The notes under the pieces: model-generated
What the model was told of the DNA's origin: nothing
The model's database searches: none
Seen by the model: only the letters and a program-made list of their open reading frames with translations
Shown: positions 1-12,800 of the stretch, in pieces
Layout: each line of letters opens with the position of its first letter
How positions within the stretch are numbered: the first letter of the stretch is position 1
NCBI GenBank assembly: GCA_030141605.1
Contig: JAQGDQ010000316.1
Span: 1 to 64,000, forward strand
Source: Tubiluchus corallicola
Lineage: Eukaryota > Animalia > Priapulida
Reading direction: 5' to 3'
Length of the DNA stretch: 64,000 bases
Made by a program: the position numbers and the translations under genes

Positions 1-567
1 TAAAAGAACCAACATACGTACCAGTGGCAAAAATTAATACTGCTTAAATTCATATAAATTAAATATATTAAATTAAATTTAATTTTACGAGTTTCTTTAT
101 GGTTTCTACTTGTGAAAGTCATGTTTAAAGTTGTAGATCACTCACTTTGTAGAACAAGAATAAAAAACTGTACTACATATTTGCAATGAACTGAAAAGTG
201 TTTATTAGACTACATACACATATGTAGAATGACTAGTCCTCTATTTCTGGTTTACAGAGGATTTTTTGTCATTACATGAAATGCTTCTTTCATAGACAAT
301 TCCACAGAATACTTGGCAGTGTTCTAAAAACTTAATATATACTAAAAAAACTAAAAATATAAAACTAAATATATACATTTCAAAACCTAAATATGTGTAA
401 AGATGCCAACTTTTAATTCAATAATTAACTGAAAAACCCTCTGCAGAAATGAACAATAGCTCCGTGTATGACAAAGAACATGAATTGTGGACCAGTGTAA
501 ACTCAGCCACTAAAATACTCAAGATCTGTAAGATTTTAGTGGATGAAAATAAAGCCAGAAAACATAC

Positions 568-815
568 CTTCAACTAAGAGTGAGTATGCGACACCTTCAT
601 TAAGAGTGTTCTCTTTAATTAGTATGATTTCAGGTTTGGGTGAGTGTGAGTTTTGGTGGAAATTTAAATCCATCAAAAATCCACCCGCTTCCACTTTCCT
701 CATAATCCAGGTGTATTTGACAAAAGGAATGGTGTCCTCGTGACAGCTGATGCACGAAGCTGAAAACACCAATGGTTGTTCACGTACGACCTTCAATTCA
801 CAGTTCTTATGACAC
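568..815 (-). CDS. Exon: REJ module (CHKNCELKV...ASCISC...YTW...[18 protein letters not shown])
   Basis: tttctcag acceptor, gtatgt donor, 248 nt, phase 2-1; CxxNC...CxxC...YxW REJ pattern. Confidence 0.85.
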
Positions 816-3800
816 CTGAGAAAAAAAAATGGATAATTTTAATTAAGACACGTTATTAGCTAATAATTAATTAATTAAATCTTGTTACTAATTAACAGTT
901 AGTTTATACTACTTAGCAGATAGCATTATATACTGTAATGGAATGTAAACGGAGTCGGATAGTGTAATGACCCCCCCCATTCATGCTAAATGTAAGTTTC
1001 TGCTGAAGCCATGTTATGCATCTGTCCTGTATAAAAGCAATCTTCTACTGGTTCAGTTAGTGTAATACAGGGGTGTGCAAATTATCTGACTAGCAGGGCC
1101 ACATTAAACTTTCCCGCAATTCCTGCGGGCCACATGCAGTTTGATCAAGGAGCCAAGTACAGTAGGGCCTAATAACGATTTTTTTGCATCCGACCTGCGT
1201 ACATCATTACTACTACACTCAAGAAACTATTTTAGAAGTTATTAAAATTTATATTACGAACCATATATTTCTACTTTCAGGACAGATAGTGGTAATTTCA
1301 TTACGATGGATATTAGTAATGTGTATCACACAGTCTGTGTAGTACAGTGACATTAAGCTACAACTTTCTTGTAAGGGTTAATGGCATCCGATCTAGTAGA
1401 AAAACTACCTGCACTATCTTTGGGATCGTGGCACGGACTTCAGCTGGATACACTCAATTAATCGCCCGGGCCGCACTTTCATTAGGTTGACAAATCTCTT
1501 CGCGGGCCGCACAAATTCTCTCGGCGGGCCGCAAGTGGCCCACGGGCTGCAATTTGCACACACCTGGTGTAATCCATGATGTTGTAAACTCTATTTCATC
1601 ATTATTTTTGAATCTACTTCATGTAATTTGTCAATAAAGGTTTCGTTTTTCTTACACGTCATTCTGTTGTTTCATGGATGGATGTTAGAAGAGTTATAAC
1701 CTGCTAGGTATCCGCATCCGCTGGTACCGAACCAACGTGGGTGGTTTTAACCCTTGTGGGCGGAGGTACCCACTACATTTCAATACCAATTACTATTAGA
1801 CAGATTTTAAGGAATAATAAGACCAACAATGAGGTAATCATAAAATTTATTCTGGACACTTTCTTAGCTGATAATTTAAATTTCTAAACTAGATCCATTT
1901 TGTTTTTGTTTGTACATTTTGATCTGCTTAGGATGGGTTCTAGGACAATCTAAATGTCCAGAATAAATTTTGTGGATAGGTTAACTGCTTGGTTAGTGTC
2001 ATTAGACTTTAACACCCATCTACACGAGGAAGATAACACGCTTTTCGGCATCGATAGCTTTAAATAAAAAAGACGGCTTTGGAATTATAGATTTTAATCA
2101 GTTTGGTATCCATTACTGAAAATGTCAATGCAACAAAAACCGGAGACCGGATCCGTGAATATTTTAAGGAAGAATTCTACTTTTATTCTTGCTTACAATG
2201 GATTACCCTTTACAGGTTTCTTCCGCAAAGTTTATGTGAGCAATATGGGACACCTTGAAATTGAAGACGGTAGAAGAGCCCGAACAAAAAAAGAACAGGA
2301 TACACTTTTGTACTTTTGTTAGGATTCTTCTACGATCTTGCGGGCGTTGGTATTTATTGATTGTAGTGAAGTGCTGCCATCTAGGTGCTAATCTTGCAAC
2401 ATTCTACTAAAATACTTACCTTCAGTGTATGGTCAAGTGACTGTGTATATACTGGTCCTCTTCCAATTTTTCTACCTGTTTACTCCTGCTCTGAATATGT
2501 CCTTGGGATGACACCTAAGCGGTTCACGTATAACTGGCTTAAACTCAAACCAAAAGACAGAAGGATGCTGAAGACCTAAACACTTGATGTCCTAAGGGAG
2601 TAAAGTCCAAAAGAGTAAAGAATCTTACCTAATTTCAATAACTGGGGGAGGTCTTGGCACAATCTTCACAATTTGGTTAACATACATCATTTTTTTAAGG
2701 GGTTTACTCACACCTAGCACAATAGTGAATTCCTTAGACATTGGTAAGTCCGCTTCGAGAAGAGTAAAGTTCGACTCTGAAAAATACATCATTTTAAAAA
2801 ACTCACAAGTTTGCACAGCTACTTACAAGCTTGCATGGCTACTCACCAGCTGGCATAGTTACTCACAAGCTTGCACAGCTACTCACAAGCTTGCACAGCT
2901 ACTCACAAGCTTGCACGGCTACTCACCAGCAGGCATAGTTACTCACAAGCTTGCACGGCTACTCACCAGCAGGCATCGCTACTCATAAGCTTGCACGGCT
3001 ACTCACCAGCAGGCATAGCTACTCACAAGCTTGCACGGCTACTCACCAGCAGGCATAGCTACTCACAAGCTTGCACGGCTACTTACCAGCTTGCACAGCT
3101 ACTTACCAGCTTGCACACTACTCACTAGCTGGCATAGCTACTTACAAGCTTGCACGGCTACGCACCAGCAGGCGTAGCTACTCACCAGCAGGCATAGCTA
3201 CTCACAAGCTTGCACGGCTACTCACCAGCACTCATAGCTACTCACAAGCTTGCACGGCTACTCACCATCTGGCATAGCTACTCACAAGCATGCACGGCTA
3301 CTCAACAGCAGGCATAGCTACTCACAAGCTTGCACGGCTACTCACTAGCTGGCATAGCTACTCACAAGCTTGCACGGCTACTTAGCAGCAGGAATAGCTA
3401 CTCACAAGCTTGCACGCCTACTCACCAGCTGGCGTAGCTACTCACAAGCCTGCACGGCTACTTACCAGCTTGCACAGCTACTTACAAGCCTGCACGGTTA
3501 CTCGCCAGCAGGCATAGCTACTCATAAGCTTGCACAGCTACTCACCAGCAGGCATAGCTACTCACAAGCTTGCACGGCTACTCACCAGCACTCATAGCTA
3601 CTCACAAACTTGCATGGCTACTCGCCAGCTGACATAGCTACTCACAAGCTCGCACTGCTACTCACCAGCTGGCATAGCTACTCACAAGCTTGCACGGTTA
3701 CTCACCAGCTTGCACAGCTGCTCACCTGCTTGCACGGCTACTCACAAGTTTGTATGGCTCACAACATGCTATTTTTGCACACTTCAACACACTGAAAGCC

Positions 3801-6800
3801 AGAACCCAACACTGAGTGGCACAGCCTATTTGAAATAGCTGGTCGCTAAACTGAAACATTGCTGAAAATCAATGACATTCCATTCATATGTGACTGTGAA
3901 TCGACGGTGGCATTTTAGCCACGTGTGGATATTATATGTCCTCTCTCTCTCTCTCTACAAAGGTAAACAACGACAATTGAAATTGCTGGAATAAAATCAT
4001 CCACAATGAGTATTAAACCCAAGGAGTTGTGAAGGATTCACTGACTTGCATTGATGTTGCTTAACTTCAGTCGCCATCCACATTCACATCGAAATGCTGA
4101 AAGTTAACAACACCACAGTGCCATCTATCAGATTATCAACAAAAAAATTTAACTAGTTAATGTACCTTGTAATAAATATTTTAGGCCTTTCTTCAGAAAA
4201 GCTGTCACGACTGAACTCGTGTTAGCAGCCACTTTGCATTTAATGAATTTCAAAACTTCATATAAAGGCTAGAGCCTTAAGTAGAAGTTGTACTTAGGTA
4301 GCAAACAGGATGTAATATAGTCATCTTAGATTCGGACTACAAACACAACAACATTGTATAATGAAATCCGGAAAGCAACTCACATGATACCACTATAATG
4401 CAGACAAAACCTCCAAAAATTAACAAATAGTTTTACTGTTGTACAACATGTGATGTACCGTATTTATTCGAGTATAACGCGCAAAATTATCTACCTAAAA
4501 AGAACTCAAAGTTATAAACGAGGGCTGGGGTGAGGCGTAGCTAAGGAAATAATCAATAATATTTGCGTCATCAGCAGACTTTGTCAGACGGTGCCTGGCC
4601 CACGGAAATCGAGCAGCTAGCCCAGAATTCACTGTACCAGAGACGAATGTTAGAGACTGGAGTTGTTCAACAACGTTTGTCACTTACGATGCTTGTTCTG
4701 AGCCGAGAAAAAGCGAAACAAAATTTTATACCGATTTTTAATTGAAAATTAGGGGTGTGCGTTATACACGTGTGCGCGTTATACTAGAATAAATACGGTA
4801 ATTCATATTTTTTCAACTCACTAACCAAAAAACGTATTTCTAATCTTATTGACAACATACGATAATTTTAAATTTTAATTAGGTTGTGACTTGTGCGCTA
4901 CGAATGCTCTGATTATTTTTCAAACTTTACAAAATGTTATCTAAACTTGTTTCAAATGACCTGTCGTGAAAATGGCAGCGTCTACCGCTCAACGGGAGTT
5001 TAAATTTACATGTTTTATACAGCGTGACTGCCGATTGAAGTCCTGCATGAAAAAAGGCAGTATGTAAGTGATTTCAGAACGAATTTTTCAAGCTTTATGT
5101 TTGTGAAGGGTTTTCTTGTGCTTTAAGCAGGAAATCTAATTAAATCAGTGACGATTTGACCAATCAGCTCGAGCCCCTGTATTGACTTCTTCACTTCTAT
5201 AGACTATTAATGCAATTCATTTTATAAAACAAAATTTGTAAAACTTAATAACATTTATAATATAAAAAGGTTCTACACAGAAATCCCAATATCTGAATAG
5301 AAAAACACAAAAAAACAAATAAATAAATAAGGTAGAAGGTGTCATATTATCAAGAAAGTCCGATTCTCTGTTTAATGAAATAACGCACGGTATGACGTGC
5401 AAGACGCCACTTTATGCGTAACTATAAAATATAAAGATCTGACGTCACGCGCTTTATGACGTATTGAAATTGCTACATTCCTTGGTTACATTTAGACATA
5501 GACATTTTATTTTTCTCCAATTTGTGTTACAAATTTCCATTTTACGAAAAAAATAACTTTGTCTGTGGAGATGGGGCGAGGAAAGACCGTAGGTCATCTA
5601 GTCACTCACCCCTTATAATTTTTAATATTAAAGACAGAAAAAAGAATTGATGACACAGGATGCAAATAAACTAATCGAAATGAAGCAATAACGAAAGCAA
5701 AATTATAAAGACAAACATAACAACAATAGCATAAGTGAAAAAAAAGAATAATAATAAATGAAGAAAACCTCAGGAACAAGCCCAGATCTACCATATGGGC
5801 AACCTGGGAATTTGCCCAGGGGATCTTTGCGATTGGGTATACATTTTTCCTCATGACTCAATTTAACCACGTCACTGCCTGTATGACGAGAATCTCCCGT
5901 CATGAAAATGCTATTACGACTGGCTTGTATGACGAGAATCACCCGTCATGAAAATGCTATTACGACTGGCTTGTATGACGAGACTCTACCATCATGAAAA
6001 TGCTATTACGACTGGCTTGTATGACGAGACTCTACCGTCATGAAAATGCTATTACGACTGGCTTGTATGACGAGAATCACCCGTCATGAAAATGCTATTA
6101 CGACTGGCTTGTATGACGAGACTCTACCGTCATGAAAATGCTATTACGACTGGCTTGTATGACGAGACTCTACCGTCATGAAAATGCTATTACGACTGGC
6201 TTGTATGACGAGACTCTACCGTCATGAAAATGCTATTACGACTGGCTTGTATGACGAGAATCTACCGTCATGAAAATGCTATTACGACTGGCTTGTATGA
6301 CGAGACTCTACCATCATGAAAATGCTATTACGACAGGCTTGTATGACGAGACTCTACCGTCATGAAAATGCTATTACGACTGGCTTGTATGACGAGACTC
6401 TACCGTCATGAAAATGCTATTACGACTGGCTTGTATGACGAGACTCTACCGTCATGAAAATGCTATTACGACTGGCTTGTATGACGAGACTCTACCGTCA
6501 TGAAAATGCTATTACGACTGGCTTGTATGACGAGAATCTACCGTCATGAAAATGCTATTACGACTGGCTTGTATGACGAGAATCTACCGTCATGAAAATG
6601 CTATTACGACTGGCTTGTATGACGAGACTACCCAAAAACAACACAGAGATCTACCGTCATGAAAATGCTATTACGACTGGCTTGTATGACGAGAATCTAC
6701 CGTCATGAAAATGCTATTACGACTGGCTTGTATGACGAGACTCTACCGTCATGAAAATGCTATTACGACTGGCTTGTATGACGAGAATCTACCGTCATGA

Positions 6801-9800
6801 AAATGCTATTACGACTGGCTTGTATGACGAGAATCTCCCGTCATGAAAATGCTATTACGACTGGCTTGTATGACGAGACTCTACCGTCATGAAAATGCTA
6901 TTACGACTGGCTTGTATGACGAGACTCTACCGTCATGAAAATGCTATTACGACTGGCTTGTATGACGAGAATCTACCGTCATGAAAATGCTATTACGACT
7001 GGCTTGTATGACGAGACTCTACCGTCATGAAAATGCTATTACGACTGGCTTGTATGACGAGAATCTCCCGTCATGAAAATGCTATTACGACTGGCTTGTA
7101 TGACGAGACTCTACCGTCATGAAAATGCTATTACGACTGGCTTGTATGACGAGAATCTCCCGTCATGAAAATGCTATTACGACTGGCTTGTATGACGAGA
7201 CTCTACCGTCATGAAAATGCTATTACGACTGGCTTGTATGACGAGAATCACCCGTCATGAAAATGCTATTACGACTGGCTTGTATGACGAGACTCTACCG
7301 TCATGAAAATGCTATTACGACTGGCTTGTATGACGAGACTACCGTCATGAAAATGCTATTACGACTGGCTTGTATGACGAGAATCTCCCGTCATGAAAAT
7401 GCTATTACGACTGGCTTGTATGACGAGACTCTACCGTCATGAAAATGCTATTACGACTGGCTTGTATGACGAGAATCTCCCGTCATGAAAATGCTATTAC
7501 GACTGGCTTGTATGACGAGACTCTACCGTCATGAAAATGCTATTACGACTGGCTTGTATGACGAGACTCTCCCGTCATGAAAATGCTATTACGACTGGCT
7601 TGTATGACGAGACTCTACCGTCATGAAAATGCTATTACGACTGGCTTGTATGACGAGAATCACCCGTCATGAAAATGCTATTACGACTGGCTTGTATGAC
7701 GAGACTCTACCGTCATGAAAATGCTATTACGACAGGCTTGTATGACGAGACTCTACCGTCATGAAAATGCTATTACGACAGGCTTGTATGACGAGAATCA
7801 CCCGTCATGAAAATGCTATTACGACTGGCTTGTATGACGAGACTCTACCGTCATGAAAATGCTATTACGACTGGCTTGTATGACGAGACTCTACCGTCAT
7901 GAAAATGCTATTACGACAGGCTTGTATGACGAGAATCTACCGTCATGAAAATGCTATTACGACTGGCTTGTATGACGAGACTCTACCGTCATGAAAATGC
8001 TATTACGACTGGCTTGTATGACGAGAATCACCCGTCATGAAAATGCTATTACGACTGGCTTGTATGACGAGAATCACCCGTCATGAAAATGCTATTACGA
8101 CTGGCTTGTATGACGAGAATCACCCGTCATGAAAATGCTATTACGACTGGCTTGTATGACGAGACTCTACCGTCATGAAAATGCTATTACGACTGGCTTG
8201 TATGACGAGAATCACCCGTCATGAAAATGCTATTACGACTGGCTTGTATGACGAGAATCACCCGTCATGAAAATGCTATTACGACTGGCTTGTATGACGA
8301 GAATCACCCGTCATGAAAATGCTATTACGACTGGCTTGTATGACGAGACTCTACCGTCATGAAAATGCTATTACGACAGGCTTGTATGACGAGACTCCCG
8401 TCATGAAAATGCTATTACGACAGGCTTGTATGACGAGACTCCCGTCATGAAAATGCTATTACGACAGGCTTGTATGACGAGAATCTACCGTCATGAAAAT
8501 GCTATTACGACAGGCTTGTATGACGAGACTCTACCGTCATGAAAATGCTATTACGACTGGCTTGTATGACGAGACTCTACCGTCATGAAAATGCTATTAC
8601 GACAGGCTTGTATGACGAGACTCCCGTCATGAAAATGCTATTACGACAGGCTTGTATGACGAGACTCCCGTCATGAAAATGCTATTACGACAGGCTTGTA
8701 TGACGAGAATCTACCGTCATGAAAATGCTATTACGACAGGCTTGTATGACGAGACTCTACCGTCATGAAAATGCTATTACGACTGGCTTGTATGACGAGA
8801 CTCTACCGTCATGAAAATGCTATTACGACTGGCTTGTATGACGAGACTCTACCGTCATGAAAATGCTATTACGACTGGCTTGTATGACGAGAATCTACCG
8901 TCATGAAAATGCTATTACGACTGGCTTGTATGACGAGACTCTACCGTCATGAAAATGCTATTACGACTGGCTTGTATGACGAGACTCTACCGTCATGAAA
9001 ATGCTATTACGACTGGCTTGTATGACGAGACTCTGCCGTCATGAAAATGCTATTACGACTGGCTTGTATGACGAGACTACCGTCATGAAAATGCTATTAC
9101 GACAGGCTTGTATGACGAGACTCTGCCGTCATGAAAATGCTATTACGACTGGCTTGTATGACGAGACTACCGTCATGAAAATGCTATTACGACTGGCTTG
9201 TATGACGAGACTACCGTCATGAAAATGCTATTACGACAGGCTTGTGTGACGAGACTCTACCGTCATGCTTAATATGCAAATTAACTGACGCCTACGCCAG
9301 TAGCAATAATGCTTACACATCATCATCATCATTCGCCCGACACGTCTATTGCAGACATTGGGCAGGCAGAATTCTAAAATAAAAGAAATCTGAAGGCAGA
9401 ATACTTACACACGCCACGTGCAACTGAAGAATCTAGTTTTGAAAACAAAAAGCGGTGGCGTCCTCTATTGTCTAAAAAGATGATATATAAGCTGCAAAAC
9501 ATTCATGACCAAAAACGTGCAAAATGCACAAAAAAAAATGCTGTTACTGCTGAACTGGCGTCTACTACGTTGCCACGGCTGCATAGCTGGATGAGTCATC
9601 AGATGATGGTAGGTGAAACCAGTTCATACATGTAATTAGACATGACTATTTCAAAATTGTATGATTGATGAACTGTGTACATCCAAGCTAAAAATTACAG
9701 CATTAGGCCAGCCATTATTTATTCTACACACCATAATGGGCATTTGGGTCAAATGACACCATTTACATATTTTACAAAGTTTTGTACAAAAAATACAACA

Positions 9801-12800
9801 TTCAAATTGTGCTGAAACTGTGAAGAGGCCAAAAAGTTGCAAAAATTGTATGTGTGGATGCTTACGTGATGCGTATCTGTTTGCGTATGTGTGAATGCTT
9901 GTGTGATATGTGCATGTAAACACATGTACATAAATTAGGCAATATTTGCTCGTGCATGTATGCTTAAACGTGTAATGCTTTTTTTAGAATCACAAAGTAT
10001 TCAAGAGTAGAGATGATGACGGTGGTGATATTGATGGCGATGGTGGTGACACTGATGATGATAATGACGACAATGACATCAACACTAATACATTCAGAAA
10101 AGGTTACAGTTACAGTATTTTTGTGAATTTTAATCATAATAAAAATTTATTTTGCAACGACACAACAATATTTTGCATATCAAAAACTTTGCTTCCATTT
10201 TCTTCTACTCTTCTTTCTTTTCTGCTTTCCTTTCCACTTTTTCTCAAAGTCTTTTCTCACAGAAAATGGAGAGCAGCAATAAACCGAGTGGGGCCGCCAA
10301 GGGAAAGAAAAGAAAGGAAAAGGACGAAAAAGAAGCGGCAGCCAAAAAAGGTACCGCCAATAAGCAGCTTTTTCAAAAAAGCTTGGAATAATGAAGAGGA
10401 AGAAGACGTTAGCTTTGAAGCATCGGCCGACAACAGTGAGTCTCAGCTAACAGTAGCTAGCACCGACGAAAATTAGAGAGACACGGTAGCACAGCCACAG
10501 CAAACAGAGAGAGAGCAAGGTGCCAATTCTAGCTCCGCAGCAGTGGCAAGTGCCATCATCCCCGAAGACCCTGCACTGTGAAAAGTCAAGAAAGAAGAAC
10601 TACTGCAGGTAAGTACTATGTTATTGGTGTATTTGGTTGGTTAGATAACACAATCAGGCAATACATAATATACACCATGTACATCACCAAAAACATAAAT
10701 ATCACACACATACTGTAGGGGTTCTGTATAACAGGTTACAGTGGGAGCTGTTGAGTGCAGTGATTGCGACGCCGCAACACCAGTTAACCTGAATAACGTG
10801 ATTAAAACAGACAGTAAACAGTCGAGTAAAACTCCAAACAAAAACTCGGCCGAGTTAGAAAAACCATGTATGTTGTTATTTTCTTTCTTTAATTGACTAT
10901 AACTGCACACATGCATAATTAATTGTGTATGTACTACTGACACCTGTGTGCGGCAGTTAATTATACACACGCAGAATTATTATAATGTCTGTTTAGACGA
11001 TTAAGTACTTTGCTAGCATTCAATCTGTTGCTATATTTAAATGCGACATTAAGGTTCTTACTGTTTGATTAACTTTCAGATGCCTTTTGTTTACTTTTTT
11101 GCAGGAATCGGGGAGGCATGGACATTAACAAAGCCACAACTAGTCATACAGCTCCAGGACTTCTCGTTCCTCAACGTCCTGTTGAGCCAGTTAAAGAACC
11201 AATTGCGAACACCAAGAACCGAAGACAGTTCTTACCTATGACGAAAAGATCTGAAAAAACAGAGAAAAAATAGTGCACATTAGGCAGCAAACCATGCAAA
11301 AATGACATCCAAGGAATGCCGAGAAGAGTCCAAAGCCAGAAATGAACCTGACATTTATTCCAAAACCCAAAAGAAAAGCGTTAGATCACACCGTGAGTCA
11401 CTAGATAAGAGAGCGAAAAAATCTACATCAACAAAGATGTCACCAACCGACGAAATATCTAAAAATACAGCAAACGAAATCTAAGAAAAACGCGAAGGTG
11501 TCCAAGAGTGCAACTTGTGCTAAACCAACCGTGACCGCGCCACCAGAACTAAACTGCTCACTCATTAATTTAAAACAAAAATGTCGAGCACAGCAGCCTT
11601 CAGAGCAAAAACAAAAATCGTCTATTAAAACTGAAGAACCTACTAAACCAGCAACTGCTCACCAAAGCCATCAACAGGTCAGAAAGAACATCAAGACGGG
11701 ATGTCAAGTAAAGCAACGCTCCAAAGAAAAAGAAGCTATTATTCAAATTTCAAAACTGCTCACCAAGCCAGAAACTTTTCCTCAAGAGCAAGTAAAGCAC
11801 TCCACATATTCCTCTAACGAAAACCAACGATTAGATACTAAAAGTCGTTCACCTATGTCAAAAGCATGTACAAGACCTGCAACAATACAATACTCCGAAA
11901 GAACAGCTATTCTACTAGCAATATGACTAGGCACAACTGCAAGAAGACTGTTCGACAATCTCCAGACCACCACTTAGAACACATGCGTATTTCTCGAGCA
12001 CCCTTTCCAGCCCCATTTCCGGTTGGAATAGACTATAGACTTTCTATTGCGCATTCAAGTCGTCATCAAGACCATAAACTACCTATTGTGTCCCATTGGC
12101 CAGCTCGTGCAACAACTAGTGTACAAAGTCATCCAAGTAACCAAGAACCAGAAGAAAACGTTCGAGAAGTTCCTTACCTGCCAAGTGATGACCCAGTTCC
12201 GTTCAACTTTCCGGAAGAAATAACGTGCAAGAACTCGGACGCCTTCAAATACCTCTTTAATACTGATTAACAGTGTATTTAGTGACTCTGATGGTTTTTT
12301 ACACTTGATTTTACATTGTTGTTTTTTTGCTTTCAAACACCTAGACATCTGTAATCTTAGCACTGGATCCCTAATTTTAGAATTCCTGAACTTTAGTGGC
12401 TGACTTCAAAAATCTTGGAAATTTTTGGTGAGATTCACCTGACAAATCTCTGAATCTCCTTGTGGCTTATCTATAAAGAAAGTCAATGGAATTCTCTGCA
12501 GTTGGAAAATCTTCCGGAATTTCTTAGCTTGCCACTACTCCCGAAAATCTCATGTGCTGATAAGGATTCAACTAACAGTGGACAATAGTTTTACTGAACT
12601 GCAAAATAACACCACCTACTCGTGTCAGACTCCAGACTCATGTCAGAACGGAGTATACCAGATTGCGTCAGAATGGCATAACTCCAGTTACTCACATGCG
12701 CCACACTGTGTCAGAACGGAACAATGCCAACACGCCTATTTTTGTCAAAAGAAAAAATCACTAAATGGTTATTATACCAAAGTGTTAGGATGGAATGTGC

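Noticed and set aside
5876-9267. CRISPR-like array (constant palindromic repeat with variable segment)
   Set aside because: Variable part is only 4-6 nt drawn from a few recurring alleles, not unique spacers; no cas genes; eukaryotic intron.
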